Source: Euglena gracilis (Eukaryota). From it: a stretch of DNA of 64,000 nucleotides. The stretch is from assembly GCA_039621445.1 (NCBI GenBank), contig CP154954.1, positions 40,541,572 to 40,605,571 of the forward strand. Reading direction: 5' to 3'. Under the pieces are notes generated by a model. That model worked only from the letters and a program-made list of their open reading frames with translations. It had not been told where the DNA came from and did no database searches. Below, in pieces: positions 28,669 to 39,861 of the stretch. Made by a program: the position numbers and the translations under genes. Each line of letters starts with the position of its first letter. Positions within the stretch are counted from its first letter, which is position 1.

Positions 28669-29799
28669 GGACCAACCCGGCAAAGCGGGCTGGACTGAGG
28701 GGGAAAACCTCATCCCCTCGCAGGTGTTCCCACATCCATCCCCCCATTCCCAGGTGACACGGCGGAGATAGGGGCAGGACATGCTCTTCTTTCACCGGCA
28801 AGAGCTGTCCCGGCCCTGGGTGCCAAGCCCGTGGGAATCGGGAAGGTCTTCCAGGTGTTCCCCAACAAGAAGGTGCAGCACCTGCAACCGAAGGACGGGT
28901 GTGTTGAAGGTTTGGCAATGCCGTCTCTGGAGTGGTGGCTTTCCAGAATGTGAATCCTGAATTACGTGTTGGCAGTGCACTCTGGTCCATAATTTGAAAG
29001 GAATGAGATGGGATTGGGTTGTTCAGAGTGGGTTGGAATTTTTCCTTTTTTTTTCTCGTCAAGGTCCTCTGCTTTGGGATCTCTCGCCTGCCCAAGGGCT
29101 GGCAAAAGGCTGAATTGGGTTTCGAATGGGGTCGTATTTGCAGAACTCATTTTTTGAGGGTTTGGCAGTCTTCACGATGGAGCAACAAAACCAGACCTCA
29201 TGTCAACCGGTTTTCCCCAAAAATATGGCTTTTTTGGCCATTTCCCCCCTGAATTTCTCTTGGAGTGTGTTTGGACAGACATGTGCATACAACACATTTT
29301 GGGACCAAATTCACAATTACAGCATTGCATAATGATGTAAATTTTTACAACTGGGTGAACCAACCGTGGCATTTTGCAAATGTGCATTTTGTTTTGGTGT
29401 GGCGTTTTTGGTTAAGACATTGTTTTGTTCATCCAACAATTGTCCAAAACCTGTATTGCAAACAAACCTTGTGCAAAGTGAAAGTAATTTTTGCTGACTT
29501 TTGGACATATTGCCCATTTTTTGATGATGTTGATGTTTTACCCCCAACAAATTTTCAAAAAATTCAAAAATGAATATATTTGGATCGATTTTCAAAAAAA
29601 ATCTGGGATTTTTGGCCGATTTCGACCCGATTTCCGGCCTTTTGCCCCTCCATAAAATCAAAATTTTTTCGGCCCCTCCTCAGTTTCGAGGTAGGAGGGG
29701 AGGTCCGACCCCCCCCCCCTCAAGGCTTCCCATCCAACCCTGGGGGGGGTCCGATCCCCCCCCCCAAGGCTTCCCATCCATCCCTGCCCCTCCCGCAAT

Positions 29800-31350
29800 C
29801 CCCCCCCTCTCATTGCTGTGCAGGGCGAGACGAGGAAGCTGGCGGCCCAAGACCAGACTTAGCCGCCGGAGCACCGGGACAACGCGGCCGGGGGCAGCGC
29901 GGCGGGGAAGGAGGCCAGCGCCGGCACGGTGGTCTGCCTGGCCACCGCTTTTGGTGGTGCAAATGGTTTCGCAACCCAATCCCTACAACCCCCCCCCCCC
30001 ACACATGCCGGTCCCACCACCACTGCTTGCCACCCCCGCTGGACGAACGTGGAGGACAGGCATTGTACGCCCGATTGTTTTTGAGGGGGCTGAACAACCG
30101 GAAGCAACAGGGCGATCTTGGGAAATTTCACCGTCCCCCCCCCCGTTGATTTCTTGGAAAACGTTAATCCTTGCAAAACTGTGGCCGGCAGTGCATGGCA
30201 CGCAAATGCAGAGGGCAATGCTTTCTGCTGCCCGTTGTATTTTCCCCCCTGACCCGCAGAGCATGGGGTCCCGCCGGTCCATGTGTGGCCGCCACCAGGC
30301 ACATGATGACCCTGCTAGGCACCTACAGTGGGAGGCCAGCAGAGAATGAGAATGAGAACCGGTGTGGTGGTCGCTCATGGCCAGGTCGGTGCTTAGGCCT
30401 TTTGGCCCCCCTTTGCCTTTGCCGTCATCCTTCGGCAGCCCTCGACCTCTTTCCTCCGTAGGCCGCACTAATCTGACTAGGCCTCTGTTTGCTGTCTTGC
30501 TGCACCTTTGCTTTGGTGCTGCAGCTCGCTGGGGCTGTCTAACGTGCTCCCCCATTGTGCTTCGTCTGCTTTGCTTGGAACTCCTATGTTCTTGCCATCT
30601 GCTTGTGACCTCTGCCCTGGGCCTGTTGTGGTCCTGCCCTGTTTCTTGGACCGATCGGGTCCGCGGCTGCACACCTGCAATGGCCAGCAGGCCTTCTGCC
30701 ACCACCTGCGTGAGGTTTCAGGCTGGACTGTTGGCGCCTGGCCATCGCGTGTGTCCTCATCCCACTGACTCAAATGTCCCTATGGGGTGCTGATGCCAGC
30801 ACTGGGCCAGGGCAAACCCAGCACAACCTGGCCCCCCTCCCAGAGAAAGCCCCAATCCCCCCCATTCTGGGACGGGCCACCCCGGACACGGAAGCACACA
30901 CAACCGCAGGGATGGAAAGGTTCAGTGTTTTGGACCTTTTGGTGTAATAAGGCTTACTAAGAGAGCCAAATGCGGCCGCAGCTCCAAAAAAATCGGTGGC
31001 CAGATGACAGCTGCGGCCGCCAGAAGCGGTGGTTGTGTCTGCTGGAAGCGGTGGCTGCTGCGGCAGAGGTGGATGGCGGCTCGAGCGCGAGAGGTATGCC
31101 CCTCTCTGCCATGTCCAAGGGAAATGATGGGCCTCCCACTGAGAAAGCAATGGCGGGGATATGGCGGGGCTGTGTTGACTGGGGTCCCACCTGTCAGAGG
31201 CTGCCGTTCCCACTGAGGTGGGTTGCTGGGTGAGGTGACGGTGCTGGGTGGGGCGGTGACGCTCTTTCCCCGGGTGACTGATTGTGTTGTTTCAGCCGAA
31301 GAGGACCCCATCCCCCAGGGTTTTATGCGAAGCTCCGCAGACATGAGGTA
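29800..31350 (+). repeat. Macro-repeat core, copy A5
   Basis: Shares header and insertions with A3. Confidence 0.88.
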
Positions 31351-31713
31351 CCCCCCCCCCTCCCTTTGTCCAACGACCATTTACCTGCAACCTATGACCA
31401 GGGGGGTGGTCATACGCCCCATCACCTGCAACCTGCGACCGGGGGGGGGGGTCATAAAAAAGGGGGCAAAGGCTCACGCACAGCGAAAAGCGGAAAAAAA
31501 ATAAAGGAGGTAAGCCCAAACACAGTGGCTGCTCTTGAGGGGGTGTCATGAACGACAGCGCCAGAAGGCTGCTGTGCAAATGCTACACCGAAGGGGTGCA
31601 GGGCAGGCACTATTCCGCGGGCACGGTATAGAAGCCTTTCTTCCGGTGATACAACAAATTTTCGGGATAAAATCCCCATCATCATCAGATCCTTTGTGAG
31701 CAAGCACCTATTG

Positions 31714-31826
31714 TAAAAATGGCCGAAAATGGCCGAAAATGGCCGAAAATGGAATTTTGGGCTCTATAGGTGGGGGGCCCGAAAATGGCCGAAAATGGCC
31801 GAATATGGCCGAAAATGGCCGAAAAC
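31714..31826. repeat. (AAAATGGCCG)n minisatellite
   Basis: Two short tandem runs of a 10-bp unit. Confidence 0.85.
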
Positions 31827-32175
31827 GAGAAAAAAATTGTTGCAATTCTTTTTTGTGTTTTTTTTTGCCTAACAGTTTCTTTTTCCCTGAAGGGCAATTT
31901 TCACTGAAAAATCTCCGTCATCTTTGGTCCGTTTTTTTGCTGCCCGTTGTATTTTTACTGAAGAATGTCCAACATTTTTTGGTCCGTTTTCAGGTGCCAG
32001 TGATTGACAGGGTGTGATGGGAAGCCTTTTGGTTGTGAGGGAGGTGGCCGGGGTTCCGGTCTGGCAAGCCTCGCAAAAATTTTCCCCCTCCATGCTGGTT
32101 TCTGGTGCCCCAGTCTGGACCACACTGTTGCTTAAAGTGTCTCTGACCCCCTCCCCCAGAGTCCGGACCCCAAAT

Positions 32176-32620
32176 CATACATCTCTCTAAGGTTTTGCGA
32201 ACCCCCCGGGGGGGGGGGGGGGGCGGCTGCAGCCAGCCCCGATTTGGGCCCAGCCCAGCCGCAGCAGCCCCCTCCCCCGGGAGGGGGGGGGGTGCTGCTA
32301 GCCCTAGCCAGCCCCTTTTTGGGGGTCCAGCCCAAATTTTTTTGAAAAACTGTGTTCAAAAGTGGCCAAAAATGGGGTTTGGGGGGCGTTTGGGCCATTT
32401 TTGAGGGGTTTCAGATGAATCATTTTTTCAAAACTGTGTTCTGCAGGACATTTTAGGGCATTTTTCCGATTTCAGTCCATCTCGCCCCGGTTCGGGTCCA
32501 GCCGGGGTCCAGCCCCCCCCCCCCCCGGGGGGGGGCGGGCTAGCCAGGCCAACTTTCTAACCAGCCCAAATTTCTAGCCCTAGCCCAGCAACCCCCCCAG
32601 GGTCCTTAAAGAGATGTATG
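32176..32620. mobile_element. hAT-like MITE family 1 copy
   Basis: TSD CCCCAAAT. Confidence 0.9.
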
Positions 32621-33174
32621 CCCCAAATCTTTTCAGCCGCTCCCCCCCAACAACCTGTAAAACCCCCCTCTCACGAATGAAGAAACATGTTTAATGCCCA
32701 CGCGTGTGAATTGGAATGTTATTTAGAATTGCTTATGATGCCCATTTTCAGTCCAATGTGTCTTTCTGGTCACATATTTCTGTACATGGCAACCTAGCAC
32801 CCACAGCGAAACTAAAATGGATTAAATGGAATAAAATATCCCAAATCTCCTGAAAATAACAAAAATTTTGTGGTTTGAAAAATGTATGATTCAGTAAGTG
32901 GTGCTGCCATGTCAGCTTCAAACACCTGAAATGACCTCCTGAAAAATGGTTGTGTCTTCTGTACGGTGGGGATCAATTGCATCCACAGCTTCAGCAAATT
33001 TCTGACATTCAGCAAATTAAACCAATGATATTAAAATTGAATCGAAAAACGATGGCAATTTCCCCACATTTTCAGCTACATTTTTGCACGTTCAATTTTC
33101 ACACTCGGAGCAACTGTCTCACGACGCACAGATTTTTTTGAAGTTCTGCCAAAATTGTTTGTGTATAGGTATGT

Positions 33175-33183
33175 ATATATGTA

Positions 33184-33228
<45 letters not shown>
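33175..33228. repeat. (AT)n microsatellite
   Basis: Direct observation; another lies at ~11190-11232. Confidence 0.95.
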
Positions 33229-33232
<4 letters not shown>

Positions 33233-33372
33233 GCAAGCTTTTATTTGCCCCCCCAAGGGCACCATGGTATTTGGCCCCCACCCCCAGGGGGATCAAGTAA
33301 CGTCTCCAGGTGGTTCCAATTTTTTTTTGCGTTATTGTTGGAGCAGAATCAGGGCGAGGCGTTCAGCTTAAA

Positions 33373-34271
33373 CCCCCCCATTTAAACCGACCCCCCTTCC
33401 AAACCGACCTAACCCCCCCCATTTAAACCGACCCCCCCTTCCAAACTGACCTACCCTTCCAAACCGACCCATTGCAGAATTTCAACCAAAAAAAAGAAAT
33501 AACCAACCCATGGCAAGTTGGATGACTAACATGCACAACATAATAGAAGCCGCCAACAGAAAGAGCGTCCAGGCTCATTGAATCGTTATTTTTGATGACC
33601 CAAAATTGGGATTTTACACCCAAAGTTTGGCATTTGCTTCCAAATTTTGGAGTTTGCGCCTCAAACTGGGCATTTTCCTCCGAAAATTTGGAGTTGGCAC
33701 CCAAAAATATATAATAAGGCATTTACCACGTAAAATTAGAAGTTTGCACCCAAAATTAGGCAGTTTGCCACCAAAAATGGGATATTACACCCAAAAATTC
33801 AGCATCTGCCCCTAAAATTAAGAATTTACATCCCGAATTAGGCATTTGCCAATTGAAATTGCCTTGCTAACATCAACCCGCTTCCGTCACGCCGTCGGCC
33901 AGCCGTGTGCTCCAGGGGTTTTTTTTAAGTCGTGGACCCCGGGGGGGGGGGGAGGGTGGGTGGGGCCGGCCGAGCCCCCCCCCCCCCCCCCGGGTCCCCC
34001 CGGAGGGGGGTGGGATATACTTTTCGGCGCCGAAAAAGTGCTATTTTAGCACTTTTCGCGATTTTCGGCCATTTTTTTGTGGGTCCCCCGGGACCCCCCC
34101 GGGGGGGCCCCCCAGGGGGTGGGTGGGTGGGGGGGACCCCCCCCCCCCGGTCTTAAAAAAAACCCCTGGTGTGCTCCCCCTGAAACCGACCCCCCGTCTA
34201 AACCCACCCCTTCCAGGATTTCCGTCAACCCAAAAGTCGTAAACCGACGGATCGGTTTAAATGGGGGGGGG
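33373..34271. mobile_element. piggyBac-like non-autonomous element (CCC..ATTTAAACCGA / TCGGTTTAAAT..GGG) with subterminal ~20-22 bp repeats
   Basis: TIRs flanked by TTAA; partial copies at 8826-9250 (left end) and 24960-25052 (right end). Confidence 0.7.
33913..34168. mobile_element. hAT-like MITE family 3, nested in a TTAA element
   Basis: TSD GTGTGCTC. Confidence 0.88.
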
Positions 34272-34582
34272 TTAATTTTAGGCCTAATTTGTACACCTTC
34301 CGCCAATCTATAAGTTGGGCCGAACGTTAAACCGAACTCGTAACCCTAACCCTTTTCTATCAATTCTGCAAAGGTTTTTTGATGACCCAGCAGATTTTAT
34401 TTGCCCCCTCCCCCTGGGGGGCCAAGCACCATGGCCATTGGAGGGGGCAGTTAAAAGGTTGCTGCCATATGTGTACAAATTTTTTACAATATACACAATA
34501 TAAAAACATGCATTATACATACGTTGTACATATAAATTCTGGGTTTTTTGCATCCATCATTCCACCTGTCTTTTTTGATACT

Positions 34583-36035
34583 TGCCAGTGGACGACCCCT
34601 GCGGACCCTGAGCAGAAGCCTGCCTGGAACCCCCCTCAAGGGGAGCCAGCCAGCGCTTTGTTGATTTATGGTAAGTTTTTTTCCGGGCAGCGAACGAGAC
34701 ACCCCAGGACGCTCACTGCCCCCCCCCCCTCCCTCCCCCAATCCCCCTCCCTCATTGGTGTGCAGGGCGAGGACGTCCCCGGGATGCTGGCGGCCCAGAC
34801 CAGATTTCGCCGCCGCCGGAGCACCGGGGACGGCGCGTCGGGCCGGCAGCGCGGCGGGGAAGGAGGCCAGCGCCGGTGCGGTGGTCTGCCTGGCCACCGC
34901 TTTTGGTGGTGCGAATGGTTTTGCAACCCAATCCCTAGCCCCCCCCCCCCCCCCGCTGGATGAACGTGGAGGACAGGCACTGTACGCCCGATTTTTTTTG
35001 TGAGGGGGGCTGAACAGCCGGAAGCAACGGGGCGATCGGGAAATTTTCCTGTCCCCCCCCCCAGTTGATTTCTTGCATAATGCAAACCGTACCAAACCGT
35101 GGCCGGCAGTGCATGGCACGCAAATGCAGAGGGCAATGCTTTTTGCTGCCCGTTGTATTTTTGGGGTCCTGCCGGCCCATGTGCGGCCGCCACCAGGCAC
35201 ATGATGACATGACCCTGCCAGGCACTTATAGTCGGAGGCCAGCAGAGAATGAGAATGGGAACTGGTGTGGTGGTCGCTCATGGCCAGGTCGGTGCTTAGG
35301 CCATTTGGCCCCCCTTTGCCTTTGCCGTCATCCTTCGGCTGCCCTCGACCTCTTTCCTCCGTAGGCCGCACAAGCTGACTAGGCCTCTGTTTGCTGTCTT
35401 GCTGCACCTTTGCTTTGGTGCTGCAGCTCGCTGGGGCTGTCTAACGTGCTCCCCCATTGTGCTTCGTCTGCTTTGCTTGGAACTCCTGTGCTCTTGCTTG
35501 CGACCTCTGCCCTGGGCCTGTTGTGGTCCTGCCCTGTTTCTTGGACCGATCGGGTCCGCGGCTGCACACCTGCAATGGCCAGCAGGCCTTCTGCCACCAC
35601 CTGCGTGAGGTTTCGGGCTGGACTATAGGCGCCTGGCCATCGCGTGTGTCCTGATCCCACTGACTCATATGCCCCCATGGGGTGATGCTTGGTGGCGGCC
35701 AGCACTGGGCCAGGGCAAACCCAGCACAGTCTCGGTCCCAAAAAGTGGCCCCAACGCCCCCCCCCCCCCCCCGGAGAAAGCCCCAATCCCCTCCCATTCT
35801 GGGACGGGCCAACAGAAAGGTTCAGTGTTTGGTGCAATGAGGTTTATTAAGAGTTCGCCAGATATCATGAATATGATATCTGCGGCTGCCAGAAGCGGTG
35901 GCTGTGGCGGCAGAGGCGGGCGGCATCACGAGCGCGGATGTGGCAGCAGAGGTATGTGCCACACTGCAGTTGTGTTCGTCCATTGGTGAAATGGGGCCCT
36001 CCTCAAAAGAGGGAAATGATGCGCATCCCGCCCTC
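34583..36035 (+). repeat. Macro-repeat core, copy A6
   Basis: Flanks near-identical to A4. Confidence 0.88.
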
Positions 36036-39000
36036 AAGTGGTTTGTTTTTATATTTTCATCCACTCAAGGGGTTTCGGTCCACCAATTTTCGGTGATTTT
36101 TGGTGGGTGGGTCGGCTCAGAAGGCTCCCAAGGGTTGTGCGGCGGCATGGGTTTTTTTTAAAAAAAAGCGGTTGGGTTAGGACTTGGGATAGTCCCCCCG
36201 GGGGGATCACACACAGGGTTCGATATAAGGAGGGCGTACATGGTTTAGGTGGGGGGGGGTGTCCCCCCCACCCCCCCCCTCCTGGCCCAAGGGCTGGCAA
36301 AAGGCTGAATTGGGTTTCGAATGGGGTCTTATTTGCAGAACCCATTTTTTGAGGGTTTGGCAGTCTTCACGATGGAGCAACAAAACCAGACCTCATGTCA
36401 ACCGGTTTTCCCCAAAAATATGGCTTTTTTGGCCATTTCCCCCCTGAATTTCTCTTGGAGTGTGTTTGGACAGACATGTGCATACAACACATTTTGGGAC
36501 CAAACTCACAATTACAGCATTGAACCTGGGTGAACCAACCGTGGCATTTTGCAAATGTGCACTTTTGTTTTGGTGTGGCGTTTTTGGTTAAGACATTGTT
36601 TTGTTCATCCAACAATTGTCCAAAACCTGTATTGCAAACAAACCTTGTGCAAAGTGAAAGTAATTTTTCAGAGGAGGTCAACGTGTTTTATGTCTTCTCC
36701 AGCAGAAAAGCGTACCCCCAGTCTTCTTTTTAAGTCAGAAGACTGGGGCTGCCCCCCCCCCCCCCCGGGTCAGGATGGGGTGCTATGGGGGACTGTCCCC
36801 AGCACCCCCCCCCCCGTGGGGCTGCTCAGGCCTCCAGCCTGGGACCCTCCCAGTGGGGGGGGGGGTCCCGCACTGGGCTGGGTGGGTGGGGGCTGAGTTT
36901 TTAAGGTGGGTTGTCTTAGAAATGAGCCTGCGTACAACCCTGGGGAGCTCCTAAAGGAATCTACCCCCCCCCCTGCTCAAGAGAAAACCACCGCTCCCTC
37001 CAGCTTAAACCCAGGCCTTGTAAGACCCTTGGGGTGGCCCACCCACCCACCAGTGCCCGGAACTGGGGGTTCCATGGGGTGCATGCTGGAGCCCAGGGTG
37101 CCCCTGGGAGCGCCCGAGGAATTTTGCATTTTTGCCTTTCACAAGTTGTATTTTTTTGCGTTCCTTCCTCACAGGGGACGTTGCGTTCCGCCGCATTCGC
37201 TCCGTGTTGCCCTCGGCACTGCTGTGGCAAGGGGTGTGTGTGAGGCCCCGGGCCAGCCTGTCCCGGCCCCGGTCCACTGCAGTGCCGAGAGGTTAGTCAT
37301 GTGCGGGGGTGGCCCCCAGACGGGGAGGTGGATGCCGTTGCGTTGGTTTTGATGGCGGCGACAGCGGCATTGTGCAACGCCCAGGTGGCCTGGCCATGGG
37401 GTGGGTGGCGAAGGTGCGGTGTGGGTGCAGTGTCAGAGCGTCGTGTGTGAGCAGAGTTATTTTAAAAATCATTGTTGGGATTGAGTTCCCCCCAACCCCA
37501 ATCCCCCCCGGATTGAATGACCCCCACAATTTTGCCAACATGGCCCCCTCTGACGTTGGCCTTGGTTTTGGCTGGGGCCAATGACTGGAGCTGCTGACAG
37601 CCACCTGGGCCAGGGCTGGGCTTTTGGATTGCAAATAGCAGTTGTGTGTGTTTGGGTGGGTGGGCGGGTGGGTGTGTGTGTGTGTCAGTTTGTGGGTGGG
37701 TGGAGGTGTGGGTGGGTGTGCGTGTGTGTTGTGCGTTGTGTGCACGTTGCATGCATATTCTCTGGGAATTATGATGACTATAACATGTTCTTGTGGGACA
37801 GCCTTTTTTAAAAGGGGGTGAAGGTGGTCTGGTGGGTTTAGTTTTTGGGAGTTTCCCTGCTGACATTTTGCATATTCAGTCCCTTTGCATATTTTCCGCA
37901 TCGTGTTTTGGGGGGCCTGAGCCCCCTAACACATTTAAAAAAAGCATCCCGCTTCTCACAACCTGCCAGGAAAGCTTTTATTTGGACGCTTCACAACTCC
38001 CCCCGCACTGGCGAATAAAAACGAGCTGGAGGGGGTCATCGACCATGGATCGAAATCCCCCAAACAAACCTGAGCCAAAACTTTGTCAAAATGCCAAAAT
38101 TCATCGAGTATGGCATTTTTGGAGCATTGGTCACCCTCCTAAAAAATATGCGACAGGATTTGGTTTTTTTGGGGCCACAATGCCCCAAAACCGCCCCGAG
38201 GGCAGTTCTTTTGTCAACCCCGCCCCTTCGGCCGCTCAAGCAAACGGGTGTTTCGCATAGGGGTTCAAAATGGGGGAAGGGTTGATGCTGCCCCCCCCCC
38301 CCCAATATGGTTGACTCCAACAGCCCGCCTGGCCTCCAGGCCGCAAGTGAGCCGATCCGTATGCACATCCACAACGCAACACCACATGGGCCTTTGGGGG
38401 GGGGGGCTTTTTGGTGCTTTTGTCAGCTCCAGCATCATTCCCAAAAATGGTCTGTGAACACGGAATTATTTCACATTCCAAATGGACTCAAAGAAGCAAA
38501 CACCACTGGTCAGTCTTTGCCCCAAAATTTCTCCAGTCTTTGTGGCCTTTCATCAATGGGGTAAAAAAAACAGGGATCCTTGGTTTATCGGCAACTTTTT
38601 GTTGTGATGTGTTTGTGCCTGTTGAGTGGTTTTCTGACCTGGGGGGGGAGTGCTTGGGCACTCGGCCAAGGCCATTCCGGAGCCCAAGGCACCAGCTGTG
38701 TGGTAATCCCCCCAATCCCATGGGAGGTGGGTGGGGCCCCACCACCCCTGCTTGTGCTTTTGGAGGCGCCAATTTTAGGGTTAGGGTTCTTTCAGCGCCT
38801 TTGGAAGGGAGTTTCCTTTGGGCGGTGCCATGGTGGATGGTGGATGGGGGGGTCGCCCCCCCCCCCCCCCGTCAGGAAGCCCAGAACAGCATTTTTGGCA
38901 TTTTTGGCAGAACAGCATTTTTTTTTGTCCACGGCTCCCCCCCCCCAGGTTGCTTGAATTCATCCTGGTTGCCAACAAGGAATTCATGCCCCAAAGGTCC

Positions 39001-39656
39001 AAACAACGTGTCGCTGCGTTGTTGTTGCTGTATCGCACCGCACGCAGTTTTTTTTGTTTAATAATATTAACAAAAATTAAAGGAAATATGATTAATAAAA
39101 ACTATGATAAATAAATGAAAAATGTCAGGTATCTTCAATGTGAAATACACACCATTATCCCAAACTTTTAAACTTTTGATAAGAGCAAGTGCCATTGAAC
39201 CCTGTGTCCAAGTGTGTGGAAGAATTGTAATGTTTTTTTGGAGGGTTTAAGCTGGACACCGGGGCTGTCCAACGAAAAGCTTTTCGTGCTGCAAATTTGT
39301 CGCCACAGCTGCACATTGGCACAATTTTGTTTGTCCAAATCAGGGGCTTTTTTTAAGTTGTGGACCCCTGGGGGGGGAAGGGTGGGTGGATCCGCCGAAC
39401 CCCCCCCCCCCGGGGGGTTGGTTCTGGGGGGGAAGTCCCCCCAGAACCAACTTTTCGGCGCCGAATTTTTTTTGAAATAAGTGCTATTTTTGGCATTTTT
39501 CGCAGGTTTTTTGTCCTTTCGGGGAAAGTGGGTTGGGTACCCCTGGGGGCAGCCCCCCCTCCCCAAGAGGGTGGGTGGGTGGGGGGCCTCCCATCTGTAA
39601 AAAACCCAAATGGAAGTGCTCAGGGATCCACATTTTTCCCTGAATGAGATTGGATC

Positions 39657-39861
39657 CAGGGATTTTTTTAAGTTTGGACCGCCGGGGGGGGGAGGGGGGG
39701 GCAGGGTGGGTGGGTCCGCCTGAATTCTATTCTATTTTTTAGCACTTTTCGCGATTTTTCGGCCATTTTTTGTGGGTCCACCGGGACCCCCTCCCCCCCC
39801 CGGGGGGGCCCCCCCCCAGGGGGGTGGGTGGGTGGGGGCCCCGGTCTTAAAAAAAACCCTG
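39657..39861. mobile_element. hAT-like MITE family 3 copy
   Basis: TSD ATTGGATC. Confidence 0.88.

Noticed and set aside
31452-33015. Possible transposase fragments (31452-31703, 32812-33015)
   Set aside because: Protein-like composition but no motif I can recognise; would need a translated search.
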